This document shows, piece after piece, positions 13,938 to 27,506 of a DNA stretch of 64,000 nucleotides. The notes beneath the pieces are model-generated. The model saw only the letters and a list, made by a program, of their open reading frames with translations, had not been told where the DNA came from and did no database searches. The position numbers and the translations under genes were made by a program. The stretch is from the human T2T-CHM13v2.0 reference genome, Homo sapiens. The first letter of the stretch is position 1; every line of letters starts with the position of its first letter. The DNA is taken from the NCBI RefSeq assembly GCF_009914755.1, contig NC_060943.1, one strand, 5' to 3'.

Positions 13938-15270
13938 AGATATTTGGAGCTGTTTGAGGAATTCGTTTTAAACAGGATATCTTCACATTCAAACTAGTCA
14001 GAAGCATTCTCAGAAACTGGTTTGTGATGTGTGCATTCTACTCAGAGAGATGAACCTTCCTTTTGAGAGAGCAGTTTTGAAACAATCTTTTTGTATTCTC
14101 TACAAGTGGAAACTTGGAGCAATGGGAGGACTAAGATTGAAGAGGAAATATCTTCACAGCCAAACTTGACAGTAGCTTTCTCAGAATCTACTTTGTGATG
14201 TGTGCATTCACCTCACAGAGTGGAACCGTCCTTTTGATAGAGCAGTTCTGAAACAGTCTTTTTGTAGGATCTGCGAGTGTTCATTTTAGAGCGCTTTTAA
14301 GCGTTTGGCGGAAAAGGAAATATCTTCACAAAAAACTAGACAGAGGCATGCTCAGGAACTTCACTGAGATGTGTGCATTCAAGTAACTGAGTTGAATCTG
14401 CCTTTTGATAGAGCAGAATTGAAACACTCCTTTTGTAGAATCTGCTTGTGGATATTTGGAGCTCTTTGAGGAATTCGTTGTAAACGGGATATCTTCACAT
14501 ACAAACTAGACAGAAGCATTCTCAGTAACTGCTTTGTGGTGTGTGCATTCAACTCACAGAGTTGAACCTTCCTTCTGAGAGAGCAGTTTTTAAACAGTCT
14601 CTTTGAAGTATCTGCAAGTGGATATTTGGAGCGATGGGAAGTCTAAGATTGAAAAGGAAATATCCTCACTTACAAACTAGACAGAAGTAATCTCATTAAC
14701 TGCTTTGTGATGTGTGCATTCAGCTCACAGAATTGAACCTTCCTTTTGAGAGAGCAGTTTTGAAACAGTTTTTTGTAGTATCCTCAAGTGGATATATGGA
14801 GCGATGTGAGGCTTAAGATGGAAACGGGAATATCTTCACATACAAACTAGATAGAAGCATTCTCAGAAACTGCTTTGTGATGGGTGCATTCAACTCAGAG
14901 ACTTGAACATTTCTTTAGACGGTGCAGTGTTGATACACACATTTGTAGAATCTGCAAGAGTTCATTTGGAGCGCTTTGATGCCTATGGTGGAAAAAGAAA
15001 TATCTTCACATAAACACTAAAAAGAAGCGTTCTCCGAAACTCCTTTGTGATATGTGTGTTCAATTCACAGAGTTGAACCTTTCTTTTGATTGAGCAGTTT
15101 TGAAACACTGCTTTTCTAGAATCTGCTTGTGGATATTTGGAGCTCTTTGAGGAATTCGCTGTCAATGGGATATCTTCACACACAAACTAGCCAGAAGCAT
15201 TCTCAGAAACTGCTTTGTGATGTGTGCATTCAACACACGGAGTTGAACCTTCCTTCTGAGAGAGCAGTTT
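13938..15270 (+). repeat. Diverged HOR-related edge copy (array boundary)
   Basis: It stays collinear with HOR positions ~2866-3354, then 6568-6814, then 1-~610, but substitutions become frequent abruptly from 13938. Confidence 0.85.
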
Positions 15271-18200
15271 TGGAACAGTCTTTTTGTAGAATCTGCAAGT
15301 GGATATTTGGAGCGATTTGAGGCCTATGATGGAAAAGGAAATATCTTCACATAAAAAATAGACAGAAGCATTGTCAGAAACTGGTTTGTAATGTGCGCAT
15401 TCAACTCACGGTCTTGAACCTTTCTTTTGATAGAGCAGTGAGGAAACACACTTTTTGTAGAATCTGCAAGTGTTCATTTGGAGAGGTTTGTTGCCTATGC
15501 TGGAAACAGAAATATCTTCACGCAAAAACTAGACAGAAGCAGTCTGAGAAACTGCTTTGTGTTGTGTGCATTCAACACACAGAATTGAACCTTCCTTTTG
15601 AGAGAGGAGTTTTGAGACAGTCTTTTTGTAGGATCTGCAAGTGTATATTTGGAGCGATTTGAGTCCTATGTTGAAAAGGAAATATCTTCCCATACAAAAT
15701 AGACAGAAGCATTCTCACAAACTGCTTTGTGATGTGTGCACTCAGGTCACAGAGTAGAACCATTCTTTTGATAGAGCAGTTTTAAAACAGTCTTTTTGTA
15801 GGATCTGCAAGTGCTGATTTGGAGCGCTTTGAAGCCTATGTTGGAAAAGTAAATATCTTCACATAAAAATTAGACAGAAGCATTCTCAGGAACTTCAATG
15901 AGATGTGTGCATTCAACCAACGGAGTTGAATCTGTCTTTTGATAGAGCAGTATTGAAAAACTCATTTCGTAGAATCTGCTTGTGGATATTTGGAGCTCTT
16001 TTAGGAATTCGTTGTAAGCGGGATATCTTCTCACACTAATTAGACAAAAGCATTCTCAGAAACTGCTTTGTGATGTGTGCATTCAACTAACCGAGTTGTA
16101 CCTTCCTTTTGAGATAGCCATTTTGAAACAATATTTTTGTAGTATCTGCAAGTGGATATTTGTAGTCATTTGAGGCCTAGGATGGAAAAGGATATACTTT
16201 CACATACAAACTAGACAGAAACATTTTCAGAAACAGGTTTCTGTTGTGTGCATTCAACTCACGGTATTGAACATTTCTTTTGATAGAGCAGTGATGGAAC
16301 ACACATTTGGAGAATCTGCAAGTGTTCATTTGGAGCGCTTTGTTGTCAATGGTGGAAAAAGAAATATCTCCACGCAAAAACTAGACAGAAGCATTTTCAG
16401 AAACTCCTTTGTGATGTGTGTTTTTAATTCAAAGAATTGAACTTTTCTTTTGATTGAGCACTTTTGAAACACTGCTTCTGTAGAATCTGCTTGTGGATAT
16501 TTGGAACTCTCTGAGGAATTCGTTGTAAACGGGATATCTTCACATACAGACTAGACAGAAGCATTCTTAGAAACTTCTTTGTGATGTGTGCATTCAACTC
16601 ACAGAGTAGAAACTTCCTTTTGAAAAGGCAGCTTTGAAACTGTCTTTTGGTTGTATCTGCAAGTGGATATTTGGAGCGATTTGTGGTCTATGATGGAAAG
16701 GGAAGTATCTTCACATACAAAGTAGACAGAGCCATTCTCAGAAAATGCTTTGTGATGTGGGCATTCACCTCACAGAGTTGAACCTTCCCTTTGAGAGAAC
16801 AGTTTTGAAACTGTCTTTTTGTAGTATCTGCAAGTGGATATTTGTAGCGATTTGAGGCCTATGATGGAAAAGGAAATATCTTCACATAAAAACTAGAGAG
16901 AAGCATTCCCTGAAACTGCTTTGTGATGTGTGCATTCACCTCACGGAATGGAACCGTTCTTTTGATAGAGCAGTTTTGAAGCAGTCTTATTGTAGGATCT
17001 GCAAGTATTCATTTGGAGCGCTTTGAAGCCTGTGGTGGAAATGGAAATATCTTCACATAAAAACTAGACAGAAGCATTCTCAGGAACTTCATTGAGATGT
17101 GTGCATTCAACTAACAGAGTTGAAAGTGTCTTTTGACAGAGAAGTATTAAAACACTCCTTTTGTAGAATCTCCTTGTGGGTATTTGGAAGACTTTGAGGA
17201 ATTTGTTGAAAACGGGTATCTTCACATAAAAAGTAGATCCATGCATTCTCCGAAAGTTCTTTGTGATGTGTGCATTGAACTCACAGACCTGAACGTTTCT
17301 TTTGATAGAATAGTGTTGAAACACACTTTTTGTAGAATCTGCAATTGTTCATTTGGTGCACTTTGTTGCCTATGGTGGAAAAAGAAATATCTTCCGATAC
17401 AAACTAGACAGAAGCATTCTCAGAAACTGCTTTGTGATTTGTGCATTCAAATCACAGAGTTGAACCTTCTTTTTGAGAGAGAAGTTTTGAAACAGTCTTT
17501 TTGTGGTATCTGCAAGTGGATCTTAGGAACGATTTGTTGCCTATGGTGGATAAAGAAATATCTTCACATAAATACTAGACAGAAGCATTCTCAGATCTGT
17601 GTGTCCTTTTCAAAGGACATTCTCAGATCTGTTTGCCTTTGTGATCTGTGTGTCCAATTCAAAGAGTTGAAACTTTCTTTTGATAGAGCAGTTTTGAAAC
17701 ACTGCTTTTGCAGGATCTGCTTGTGGTTATTTGGAGCTCTTTGAGGAATTCGTTGTATACGGGATATCCTCACATACAAACTAGACAGAAGAATTCTCAG
17801 AAAATACTTTGTGATGTGTGCATTCAACTCACACAGTTGAACTTTCCTTTTGAGAGAGAGGTTTTGAAACAGTCTTTCTGTAGTATCTGCAAGTGGATAT
17901 TTGGAGTGATTTGAGGCCTAAGATGGAAGAGGAAATATCTTCATATACAAACTAGACAGAAGCATTCTCAGAAACTGCTTTGTGATGTGTGCGTTCAACT
18001 CACAGAATTCAATTTTCCTTTTGAGAGAACTGTGTTGAAACACTCTTTTCGCGGTAACTGCAAGTGGATACTTGCAGTGATTTTAGGCCTATGATGGAAA
18101 AGGAAATATCTTCACATACAAAGTAGATGGAAGCATTCTCAGAAAGTGCTTTGTGATGTCGGCATTCAACTCACAGAGTTGAACCTTCCCTTTGAGAGAG

Positions 18201-21200
18201 CTGTTTTGAAACAGTCATTTTGCAGTATCTGCAAGTGAATTTTTGGAGCGATTTGAGGCCTATGATGGAAAAGGAAATATCTTCACATCAAAACTAGAGA
18301 GAAGCATTCTCAGAAAGTGCTTTGTGATGTGTGCATTCACCTCACAGAGAGGAACCGTTCTTTTGATTGAGCAGTTTTCAAACAGTCTTTTTGTAGGATC
18401 TGCAAGTGTTCATTTGGAGTGCTTTGAAGCCTATGGTGGAAAAGGAAATGTCTTCACATAAAAACTAGACAGAAGCATTCTAAGGAATTTCATTGAGATG
18501 TGTGCATTCAACTAACAGAGGTGAATCTGTCTTTTGATAGAGCAGTATGGAAACATTCCTTTTGAAGAATCTGCTTGTGGATATTTGGAACTCTTTGAGG
18601 AATTCGTTGGAAATGGGTATCTTCACATAAAAAGTAGACCCAACCATTCTCAGAAAGTTCTTTGTGATTTGTGCATTCAACTCACAGACTTGAACCTTTC
18701 TTTTGATAGAGCAGTGTTGAAAAACACTTTTTGTAGTATATGCAAGTGTTCATTTGGAGTGCTTTGTTGCCTATGGTGGAAAAAGAAATATCTTCACATA
18801 AAAACTAGACAGAAACATTCTCAGAAACTCTTTTGTGAAGTGTGTGTCCAGTTCAGAGTGTTGAAAGTTTCTTTTGATAGAGCAGTTTTGAAACAATGCT
18901 TTTGTAGAATCTGCTTGAGGATATTTGGAGTTCTTTGAGGAATTCGTTTTAAACGGGATATCTTCACATACAAACTAGACAGAAGCATTCTCAGAAACTG
19001 CTTTCTGATGTGAGCATTCAACTCACAGACTTGAACCATTCTTTTGATAGAGCAGTGTTGAAACACACTTTTTGTATAATCTGGAAGTGTTCATTTGGAA
19101 CGCTTTGTTGCCTGTGGTTGAAAAAGAAATATCTTCACATAAATATTAGACAGAAGCATTCTCAGAAAATCCTTTGTGAAGTGGGTGTCAAATTCACAGA
19201 GTTGAACTTTCTTTTGATAGAATAGTTTTGATACACTGTTTTTGTAGAATTTCCTTATGAATATTTGGAGCTCTTTGAGGAATTCATTGTAAACGGGATA
19301 TCATGACATACAAACTAGACGGAAACATTCTCAGAAACTGCTTTGAGATATGTGCATTCAACTCACAGTGTTGAACCTTCCTTTTGAGAGAGCAATTTTG
19401 AAACTGTCTTTTTGTAGTTTCTGTAAGTGGATATTTGGAGCGATATGAGGCCTAAGATGGAAAAGGAAATATCTTCACATACAAGTTAGACAGAAGCATT
19501 CTCAGAAACTGCTTTGTGATGTGTGCATTCAACTCACAGACTTGAAACTTTCTTTGGATAGAGCAGTGTTGAAACACACTTTTTGTATAATATGCAAGTG
19601 TTCATTTCCAGTGCTTTGTTGCCTATATTGGAAAAAGAAATATCTTCACATAAAAACTAGACCGAAGGATTCTCAGAAACTCAATTGTGATGTGTGTGTT
19701 CAATTCACAGTTAAACCTTTCTTTTGATATAGCAGTTTTGAAGCACTGCTTTTGTAGAATCTGCTTGTGGATATTTGGAGCTCTTTGAGGAATTCGTTGT
19801 AAACGGGATATCTTCACATACAAACTAGACAGAAGCATTCTCAGAAACTGCTTTGTGAAGTGTGCATTCAACTCACAGTGTTGAACCTTGCTTTTGAGAA
19901 AGCAGTTTTGAAACAGTCTTTTTGTTGTATCTGCAAGTGGATATTAAGAGCGATGTGAGGCCTAAGATGGAAAAGGACATATCTTCACCTACAAACTAGA
20001 CAGAAGCATTCTCAGAAAGTGCCTTGTGATGGATGCATTTAACTCACAGACATGAACATTTCTTTTGATACAGCAGTGTTGAAACACACTTTTTGTAGAA
20101 TCTGCAAGTGTTCATTTGGAGTGCTTTGTTGCCTATGGTGGAAAAAGGAATATCTTCACATAAACACTAGGCCGAAGCATTCTCATAAACTGCTTTGTGA
20201 TGTGTGCATTCAGCTCAGAGAGTGGAACCGTTCTTTTGATAGAGCAGTTTTGAAACAGTTTTTTGTATGATTTTCAAGTGTTCATGTGTAAAGCTTTGAA
20301 GCCTATGTTGGAAATGGAAATATCTTCACATAAGAACTAGACAGAAGCATTATCAGGAACTTCTTGGAGATGTGTGCATTCAACTAAAAGAGTTGAATCT
20401 GTCTTTTGATAGAACAGTATTGAAACAGTCCTTTTGTAGAATCTGTTTGTGGATATTTGGAGCTCTTTGAGGAATTCCTTGTAAATGGGATATATTCACA
20501 TACAAACTAGACAGAAGGATTCTCCGAAACTGCTTTGTGATGTGTGCATTCATCTCACAGACTTGAAAATTTCTTTTGATGGTGGAGGGTTGAAACACAG
20601 TCTTTTAGAATCTGCAAGTGTTCTTTTTGAGTGCTTTGTTGCCTATGGTGGAAAAAGAAATATCTTTACATAAAAACCAGACAGAAGCATTCTCAGAATC
20701 TACTTTGTGATGTGTGTATTCAATTCACAGAGTTGAACCTTTCTTTTGATAGAGCGGTTTTGAAACACTTCTTTTGTAGAAACTGCTTGTGGATTTTTGG
20801 AGCTCTTTGAGGAATTCGTTGTAAACGGGCTAAATACACAACAAACTAGAGAGAGGCATTCTTAGAAACTGCTTTGTGATGTCTGCATTCAACTCACAGA
20901 GTTGAACTTTCCTTTTGAGAGAGCAGTTTTGAAACAGTCTTTTTGTAATATCTGTAAGTGGATATTAGCAGCGATTTGAGGCCTAAGATGGAAAAGGAAA
21001 TACCTTCACATACAAACTAGACAGAAGCATTCTCAGAAACGGCTTTGTGATGTGTGCATTCAACCCACAGGCTTGAACCTTTCTTTAGATAGAGCAGTGT
21101 TGAAACACACCTTTTGTAGAACCTGCAAGTGTTCGTTTGGAGCGCTTTTTGCCTATGGTGGAAAAGAAATATCTTCACATAAAAACTGGACAGAGCCATT

Positions 21201-22973
21201 CTCAGAAACTCCTTTGTGATGTGTGTGTTCAATTCACAGAGTTGAACCTTTCTCTTATTAGAGCAGTTTTGAAACACTGCTTTTCTAGAATCTGCTTTTG
21301 GATATTTGGAACTCTTAGGAATTCATTGTAAACGGCATGTTTTCACATACAAATTGGACAGAGGCATTCTCAGAAAGTTCTTATTTATGTGTGCATTCAG
21401 CTTACTGAGTTGAACCTTTCTTTTGATAGAGTAGTGTTGAAACACACTTTTTGTAGCATCTGCACGTGTTCATTTGGTGCACTTTGGGGCCCATTTTGGA
21501 AAAGGAAATATCTTCACATAAAAACTAGACAGAAGCATTTTCAGAAACTGGTTTGTGATGTGTGCATTCACCTCACAGAGTGGAACCCTTCTTTTGGTAG
21601 AGCAGTTTTGAAACCGTCTTTTTGTAGAATCTGTAAGTGTTCATTTGGAGTGCTTTGAAGCCTATGGTGGAAAAGGAAATATCTTCACATAAAAACTAGG
21701 CAGAAGCATTCGCAGAAAATTATGTGAGATGTGTGCATTCCACTAACGGATTTGAATCTTTCTATTCATAGAGCAGTACTGAAACAATCCTTTTGTAGAA
21801 TCTGCTTGTGGATATTTGGAACTCTTTGAGGAAATCTTTGCAAACGGTTATCTTCATATAAAAACTATAGAGAAGCATTCTCAGAAAGTTCTTTGTGATG
21901 AGTGCATTCAACTCACAGAGTTAAACCTTTCTTTTGATAGAGCAGTGTTGACACATACCTTTTGTAGCATCTACAAGTGTTCATTTGTAGCGCTTTGGGG
22001 CCTATGGTGGAAAAGGAAATACCTTCACATAAAAACAAGACAGAATCATTCTCAGAAACACCTTTGTGATGTGTCTGTTCAATTCACAGAGTTGAACCTT
22101 TCTTTTGATGGAGCAATTTTGAAAAACGGCTTTTGTAGAAATTGTTTGTGGATATTTGGAGCTCTCTGAGGAATTTGTTGCAAACGGGATACCTTCACAT
22201 ACAAACTAGACAGAAGCATTCTCAGAAACTGCTTTGTGATATGTGCATTGAACTCACAGAGTTGAACCTTCCTTTTGAGAGAGCAGTTTTGAAACCGTCT
22301 TTTTGTAGTATCTGGAAGTGGATATTTGGCGCTAATTGAGGCCATTGTGGAATAGGAAATATCTTCACATACAAACTAGACAGAAGCATTCTCAGAAACT
22401 GTTTTGTGATGTGTGCATTCAACCCACAGAGTTGAACCTTCCTTTTGAGAGAGCAGTTTCGAAACAGTCTTTTTGTAGTATCTGCAAGTGGATATTTGGT
22501 GCGATTTGAGGCCTATGATGAAAAAGGAAATATCTTCACATACAAACTAGACAGAAGCATTCTCAGAAACTGCTTTGTGATGCGTGCATTCAACTCATAG
22601 AGTTGAAAATTCCCTCTGAGAGAGCAGTTTTGAAACAGTCTTTTTGTAGTATCTGCAATTGGATTTTTGGAGCGATTTGAGGCCTAAGGTGGAAAATATA
22701 ATATCTTCACATAAAAACTAGACAGAAGCATTCTCAGGAACTTCATCGTGATGTGTACATAAAACTAACAATGTTGAATCTGTCTTTTGATAGAGCAGTA
22801 TTGAAACACTCCTTTTGTAGAATCTGCTTGTCGATATTTGGAAATCCTTGAGGAATTCATTGGAAACGGGAATCTTCACATAAAAAGTAGACTCAAGGAT
22901 TCTCAGGAAATTCTTTGTGATGTGTGCTTTCAACTGACAGACTTTAACTTTTCTTTTGAAAGAGCAGTGTTGA

Positions 22974-24162
22974 GAAGTGTCTGTTCATGTCCTTCACCCA
23001 CTTTTTGATGGGGTTCTTTGTTTTTTTCTTGTAAATTTGTTTGAGTTCATTGTAGATTCTGGATATTAGCCCTTTGTCAGATGAGTAGGTTGTGAAAATT
23101 TTCTCCCATTTTCTAGGTTGCTTGTTCACTCTGATGGTAGTTTCTTTTGCTGTGCAGAAGCTCTTTACTTTTATTAGATCCCATTTGTCAGTTTTGTCTT
23201 TTGTTGCCATTGCTTTTGGTGTTTTAGACATGAAGTCTTTGCCCGTGCCTACGTCCTGAATGGTAATGCCTGGGTTTTCTTCTAGGGTTTTTATGGTTTT
23301 AGGTCTAACGTTTAAGTCTTTAATCCATCTTGAATTGATTTTTGTATAAGGTGTAATTTATGCAGCCAAAAAACACATGAAAAAAAGCTCATCATCACTG
23401 GTCATCAGAGAAATGCAAATCAAAACCACAATGAGATACCATCTCACACCAGTTAGAATGGCAATCATTAAAAAGTCAGGAAACAACAGGTGCTGGAAAG
23501 TATGTGGAGAAATAGGAACACTTTTACACTGTTGGTGGGACTGTAAACTAGTTCAACCATTGTGGAAGTCAGTGTGGCGATTCCTCAGGGATCTAGAACT
23601 GGAAATACCATTTGACCCAGCCATCCCATTACTGGGTATATACCCAAAAGATTATGAATCATGCTGCTATAAAGACACATGCACACGTATGTTTATTGCG
23701 GCATTATTCACAATAGCAAAGTCTTGGAACCAACCCAAATGTCCAACAATGATAGACTGGATTAAGAAAATGTGGCACATATACACCATGGAATACTATG
23801 CAGCCATAAAAAATGATGAGTTCATGTCCTTTGTAGGGACATGGATGAAATTGGAAATCATCATTCTCAGTAAACTATCACAAGAACAAAAAACCAAACA
23901 CCGCATATTGTCACTCATAGGTGGGAATTGAACAATGAGGTCACATGGACACAGGAAGGGGAATATCACACTCTGTGGACTGTTGTGGGGTGGGGAGAGG
24001 GGGGAGGGATAGCATCAGGGGATAAACCTAATGCTAGATGACGAGTTAGTGGGTGCAGCACACCAGCATGGCTCATGTATACATATGTAACTAACCTGCA
24101 CAATGTGCACATGTACCCTAAAACTTAAAGTATAATTTAAAAAAAAAAGAAAAAGAAAAAAA
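22974..24162 (+). mobile_element. LINE-1, L1PA2-like, ~1.19 kb, 5'-truncated and 5'-inverted
   Basis: Antisense ORF2 piece at 22974-23356, then sense ORF2 C-terminus, 3'UTR and poly(A) at 23356-24162. 15-bp TSD aaagagcagtgttga at 22959-22973 and 24163-24177. The 3'UTR reads gatgacGAGttagtggg and aaacttaAagtataat (not Ta). Confidence 0.95.
23357..23931 (+). pseudogene. ORF2: L1 ORF2p C-terminal (Cys-rich) fragment
   Basis: Translation ...[26 protein letters not shown]...SLIGGN* is the L1 ORF2 C-terminus. No promoter or N-terminal domains. Confidence 0.92.
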
Positions 24163-27100
24163 AAAGAGCAGTGTTGAAACGCACTTTCAGTAGAATCTGC
24201 AAGTGGTCATTTGGAGCACTTTCTTTCCTATGGTGGAAAAAGAAATATCTTCACATAAAAACTAGACAGAAGAATTCCCCGAAATTCCTTTGTGATGTGT
24301 GTGTTCAATTCACAGAGTTGAACCTTTCTTTTATTAGAGCAGTTTTGAAACACTGCTTTTGTAAAATCTGCTTGTGGATATTTGGAGCTCTTTGAGGAAA
24401 TCGTTGTAAACGGGATATTTTCCCATACAAACTAGACAGAGGCATTCTCAGAGAGTTCTTGTTTATGTGTGCATTCCCCTCACTGAGTTGAAACTTTCTT
24501 TTGATAGAGTAGTGTTGAAACACACTTTTTGTAGCATCTGCAAGTGTTCATTTGTTGCACTTTGGGGCCTATGGTGGAAAAGGAGTTATCTTCACATAAA
24601 AACTAGACAGAAGCATTCTCAGAAAAAACTTTGTGATGTGTCTGTTTAATTCACAGAGTTGAACCTTTCTTTTGAAAGAGCAATTTTGAAACACTGCTTT
24701 TGTAGAATCTGCTTGTGGATAATTGGAGCTCTTTGAGGATGATGTTGTAAACGGGATATCCTCACATACAAACTAGACAGAATCATTCTCAGAAACTGCT
24801 TTGTGTGCTCTCTTAATTGAAACATTCAACTCACAGAGTTGAAAGTTCCTTTTGAGAGAGCTGTTTGGAAACCGTCTTTTTGTAGTATCTGCAAGAGGAT
24901 ATTTGGAGCGAATTAAGGCCAATGTGGAATAGGAAAAATCTTCACATAAAAACTAGATAGAAGCATTCTCAGAAACTGCTTTGTGATATGTGCATTCAAC
25001 TCACAGAGTTGAACCTTCTTTTTGGGAGAGCAGCTTTGCAAGAGTCTTTTTGTAGTATCTCCAAGTGGATACTTGGAGCGATTTGATGCCTAAGATGGAA
25101 AAGGAAATATCTTCACATAAAAACCAGAAGGAAGCATTCTCAGAAACTACTTTGTGATGTGTGTGTTCAATTCACAGAGTTAAACCTTTCTCTTGATAGA
25201 GCAGTTTTGAAACACTGCTTTTCTAGAATCTGCTTGTGGTTATTTGGAGCTCTTTGAGGAATTACTTGTAAGCGGGATATCTTCACATACAAACTAGACA
25301 GAAGCATTCTCAGAAACTGCTTTGGGATGTGTGCATTCAACACTCAGAGTTGAACCTTCCTTTTGAGAGAGCAGTTTTGAAACAGTCTTCTTGCAGTATC
25401 TGCAAGTGGATATTTGGTGTGGTTTGAGGCCTATGATGCAAAAGGAAATATCTTCACATACAAACTAGACAGAAGCATTCTCAGAAACTCCTTTGTGATG
25501 TGTGTGTTCAATTCACAGAGTTGAACCTTTTTTTTGATAGAGCGGTTTTGAAACACTGCTTTTGTAGGATCTGCTTGTGGATATTTGGAGCTCTTTGAGG
25601 AATTCGTTATAAACGGGATATCTTCACATACAAACTAGGCAGAAGCATTCTCAGAAACGAGTTTGTGATGTGTGCATTCAACTCACAGAGGTGAACCTTC
25701 CTTTTGAGAGAGCAATTTCTAAACAGTCTTTTTGTAATATCTGCAAGTGGATATTTGGAGCGATTTGGGGCCTAAGATGGAAAAGGAAATATCTCCACAT
25801 ACACACTAGACAGAAGCATTCTCAGAAACTGCTTTGTGATGTGTGCATTCAACTCACTGACTTGAACATTTTTTTTGATAGAGCAGTGTTGAAACACACT
25901 TTTTGTAGATTCTGCAAGCGTTCATTTGGAGCGCTTTGTTGCCTATACTGCAAAAAGAAATATCTTCACATAAAAACTAGACAGAAGCATTCTCCAAAAC
26001 TCCTTTGTTATGTGTGTGTTCAATTCACAGAGTTGAACCTTTCTTTCATTAGAGCAGTTTTGAAACACTGCTTTTGTAGTATCTGCTCGTGGATATTTGG
26101 AGCTCTTTGAGGAATTCGTTGTAAACGGGATATTTTCCCATACAAACTAGACAGAGGCATTCTCAGAGAGTTCCTGTTTATGTGTGCATTCAACTCACTG
26201 AGTTGAACCTTTCTTTTGATAGAGCACTGTTGAGACACACTTTTTGTAGCATCGGCAAGTGTTCATTTGGAGCTCTTTGGTGTCTAAGTTGGAAAAGAAA
26301 ATATCTTCACATAAAAACTAGACAGAAGCATTCTCTGAAACTGCTTTGTAATGTGTGCATTCACCTCCCAGAGTGGAACCTTCTTTCGATACAGCAGTTT
26401 TGAAACAGTCTTTTTGTAGAATCTGCAAGTGTTCATTTGGAGGGCTTTGAAGCCTATGGTGGAAATGGAAATATCTTCACATAAAAATTAGACAGAAGCA
26501 TTCTCAGGAAAGTATTTGAGATGTGTGCATTCAGCTAACGGATTTGAATCTATCTATCGATAGAGCAGTATTGAAACAATCCTTTTGTAGAATCTGCTTG
26601 TGGATATTTGGAACTCTTTGAGGAATTCGTTGGAAACGGGTATCTTCATATAAAAACTATACAGAAGCATTCTCAGAAAGTTCTTTACGATGAGTGCATT
26701 CAACTGTCAGAGTTGAACCTTTCTTTTGATAAAGCAGTGTTGACACATACCTTTTGTAGCATCTGCAAGTGTTCATTTGTAGCGCTTTGGGGCCTATGGT
26801 GGAAAAGGAATTATCTTCACATAAAAACTAGACAGAAGCATTCTCAGAAACAACTTTGTGATGTTTCTGTTCTATTCACAGATTTGAATTTTTCTTTTGA
26901 TAGAGCAATTTTGAAACACTGCTTTTGTAGAATCTGCTTGTGGATATTCCGAGATCTTTGAAGAATTCGTTGTAAACGGGATATCCTCACATACAAACTA
27001 GACAGAATCATTCTCAGAAACTGCTTTGTGTGCTCTGTGAAATGAAACATTTAACACACAAAGTTGAACCTTCCTTTTGAGAGAGCAGTTTCGAAACAAT

Positions 27101-27418
27101 ATTTTTGTAGTATCTGCAAGTGGATATTTGGAGCGAAGTGAGGCAATGTGGAATAGGAAAAATCTTCAAATTAAAACTAGACAGAAGCATTCTCAGAAAC
27201 TGCTTTGTGATGTGTGCATTCAGCTCACAGAGTTGAACCTTTCTTTTGAGAGATCAGTTTTGCAAGAGTCTTTTTGTAGTATCTCCAAGTGGATATTTGG
27301 AGTGATTTGAGGCCTAAGATGGAAAAGAAAATATCTTCACATAAAAACTAGACAGAAGCATTCTCAGAAACTCCTTTGTGTTGTGTGTGTTCATTTCACA
27401 GAGTTGAATCTTTCTTTT

Positions 27419-27506
27419 TTTTTAATTTTTTTTTTAATTTTTTTTTATTATACTCTAAGTTTTAGGGTACATGTGCACATTGTGCAGGTTAGTTACATAT
27501 GTATAC
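27419..27506 (-). mobile_element. Extremely 5'-truncated L1HS-type insertion (~60 bp of 3'UTR plus patterned A-tail)
   Basis: The reverse strand reads gtatacatatgtaactaacctgcacaatgtgcacatgtaccctaaaacttaGagtataat plus A-tail. 11-bp TSD atctttctttt at 27408-27418 and 27507-27517. Endonuclease-type site TTTT/GA. Confidence 0.93.

Noticed and set aside
23986-24008. G-rich tract able to form a G-quadruplex (also ~29927-29948 and ~52686-52709 on the minus strand)
   Set aside because: This is the standard polypurine tract of the L1 3'UTR, not a separate element.
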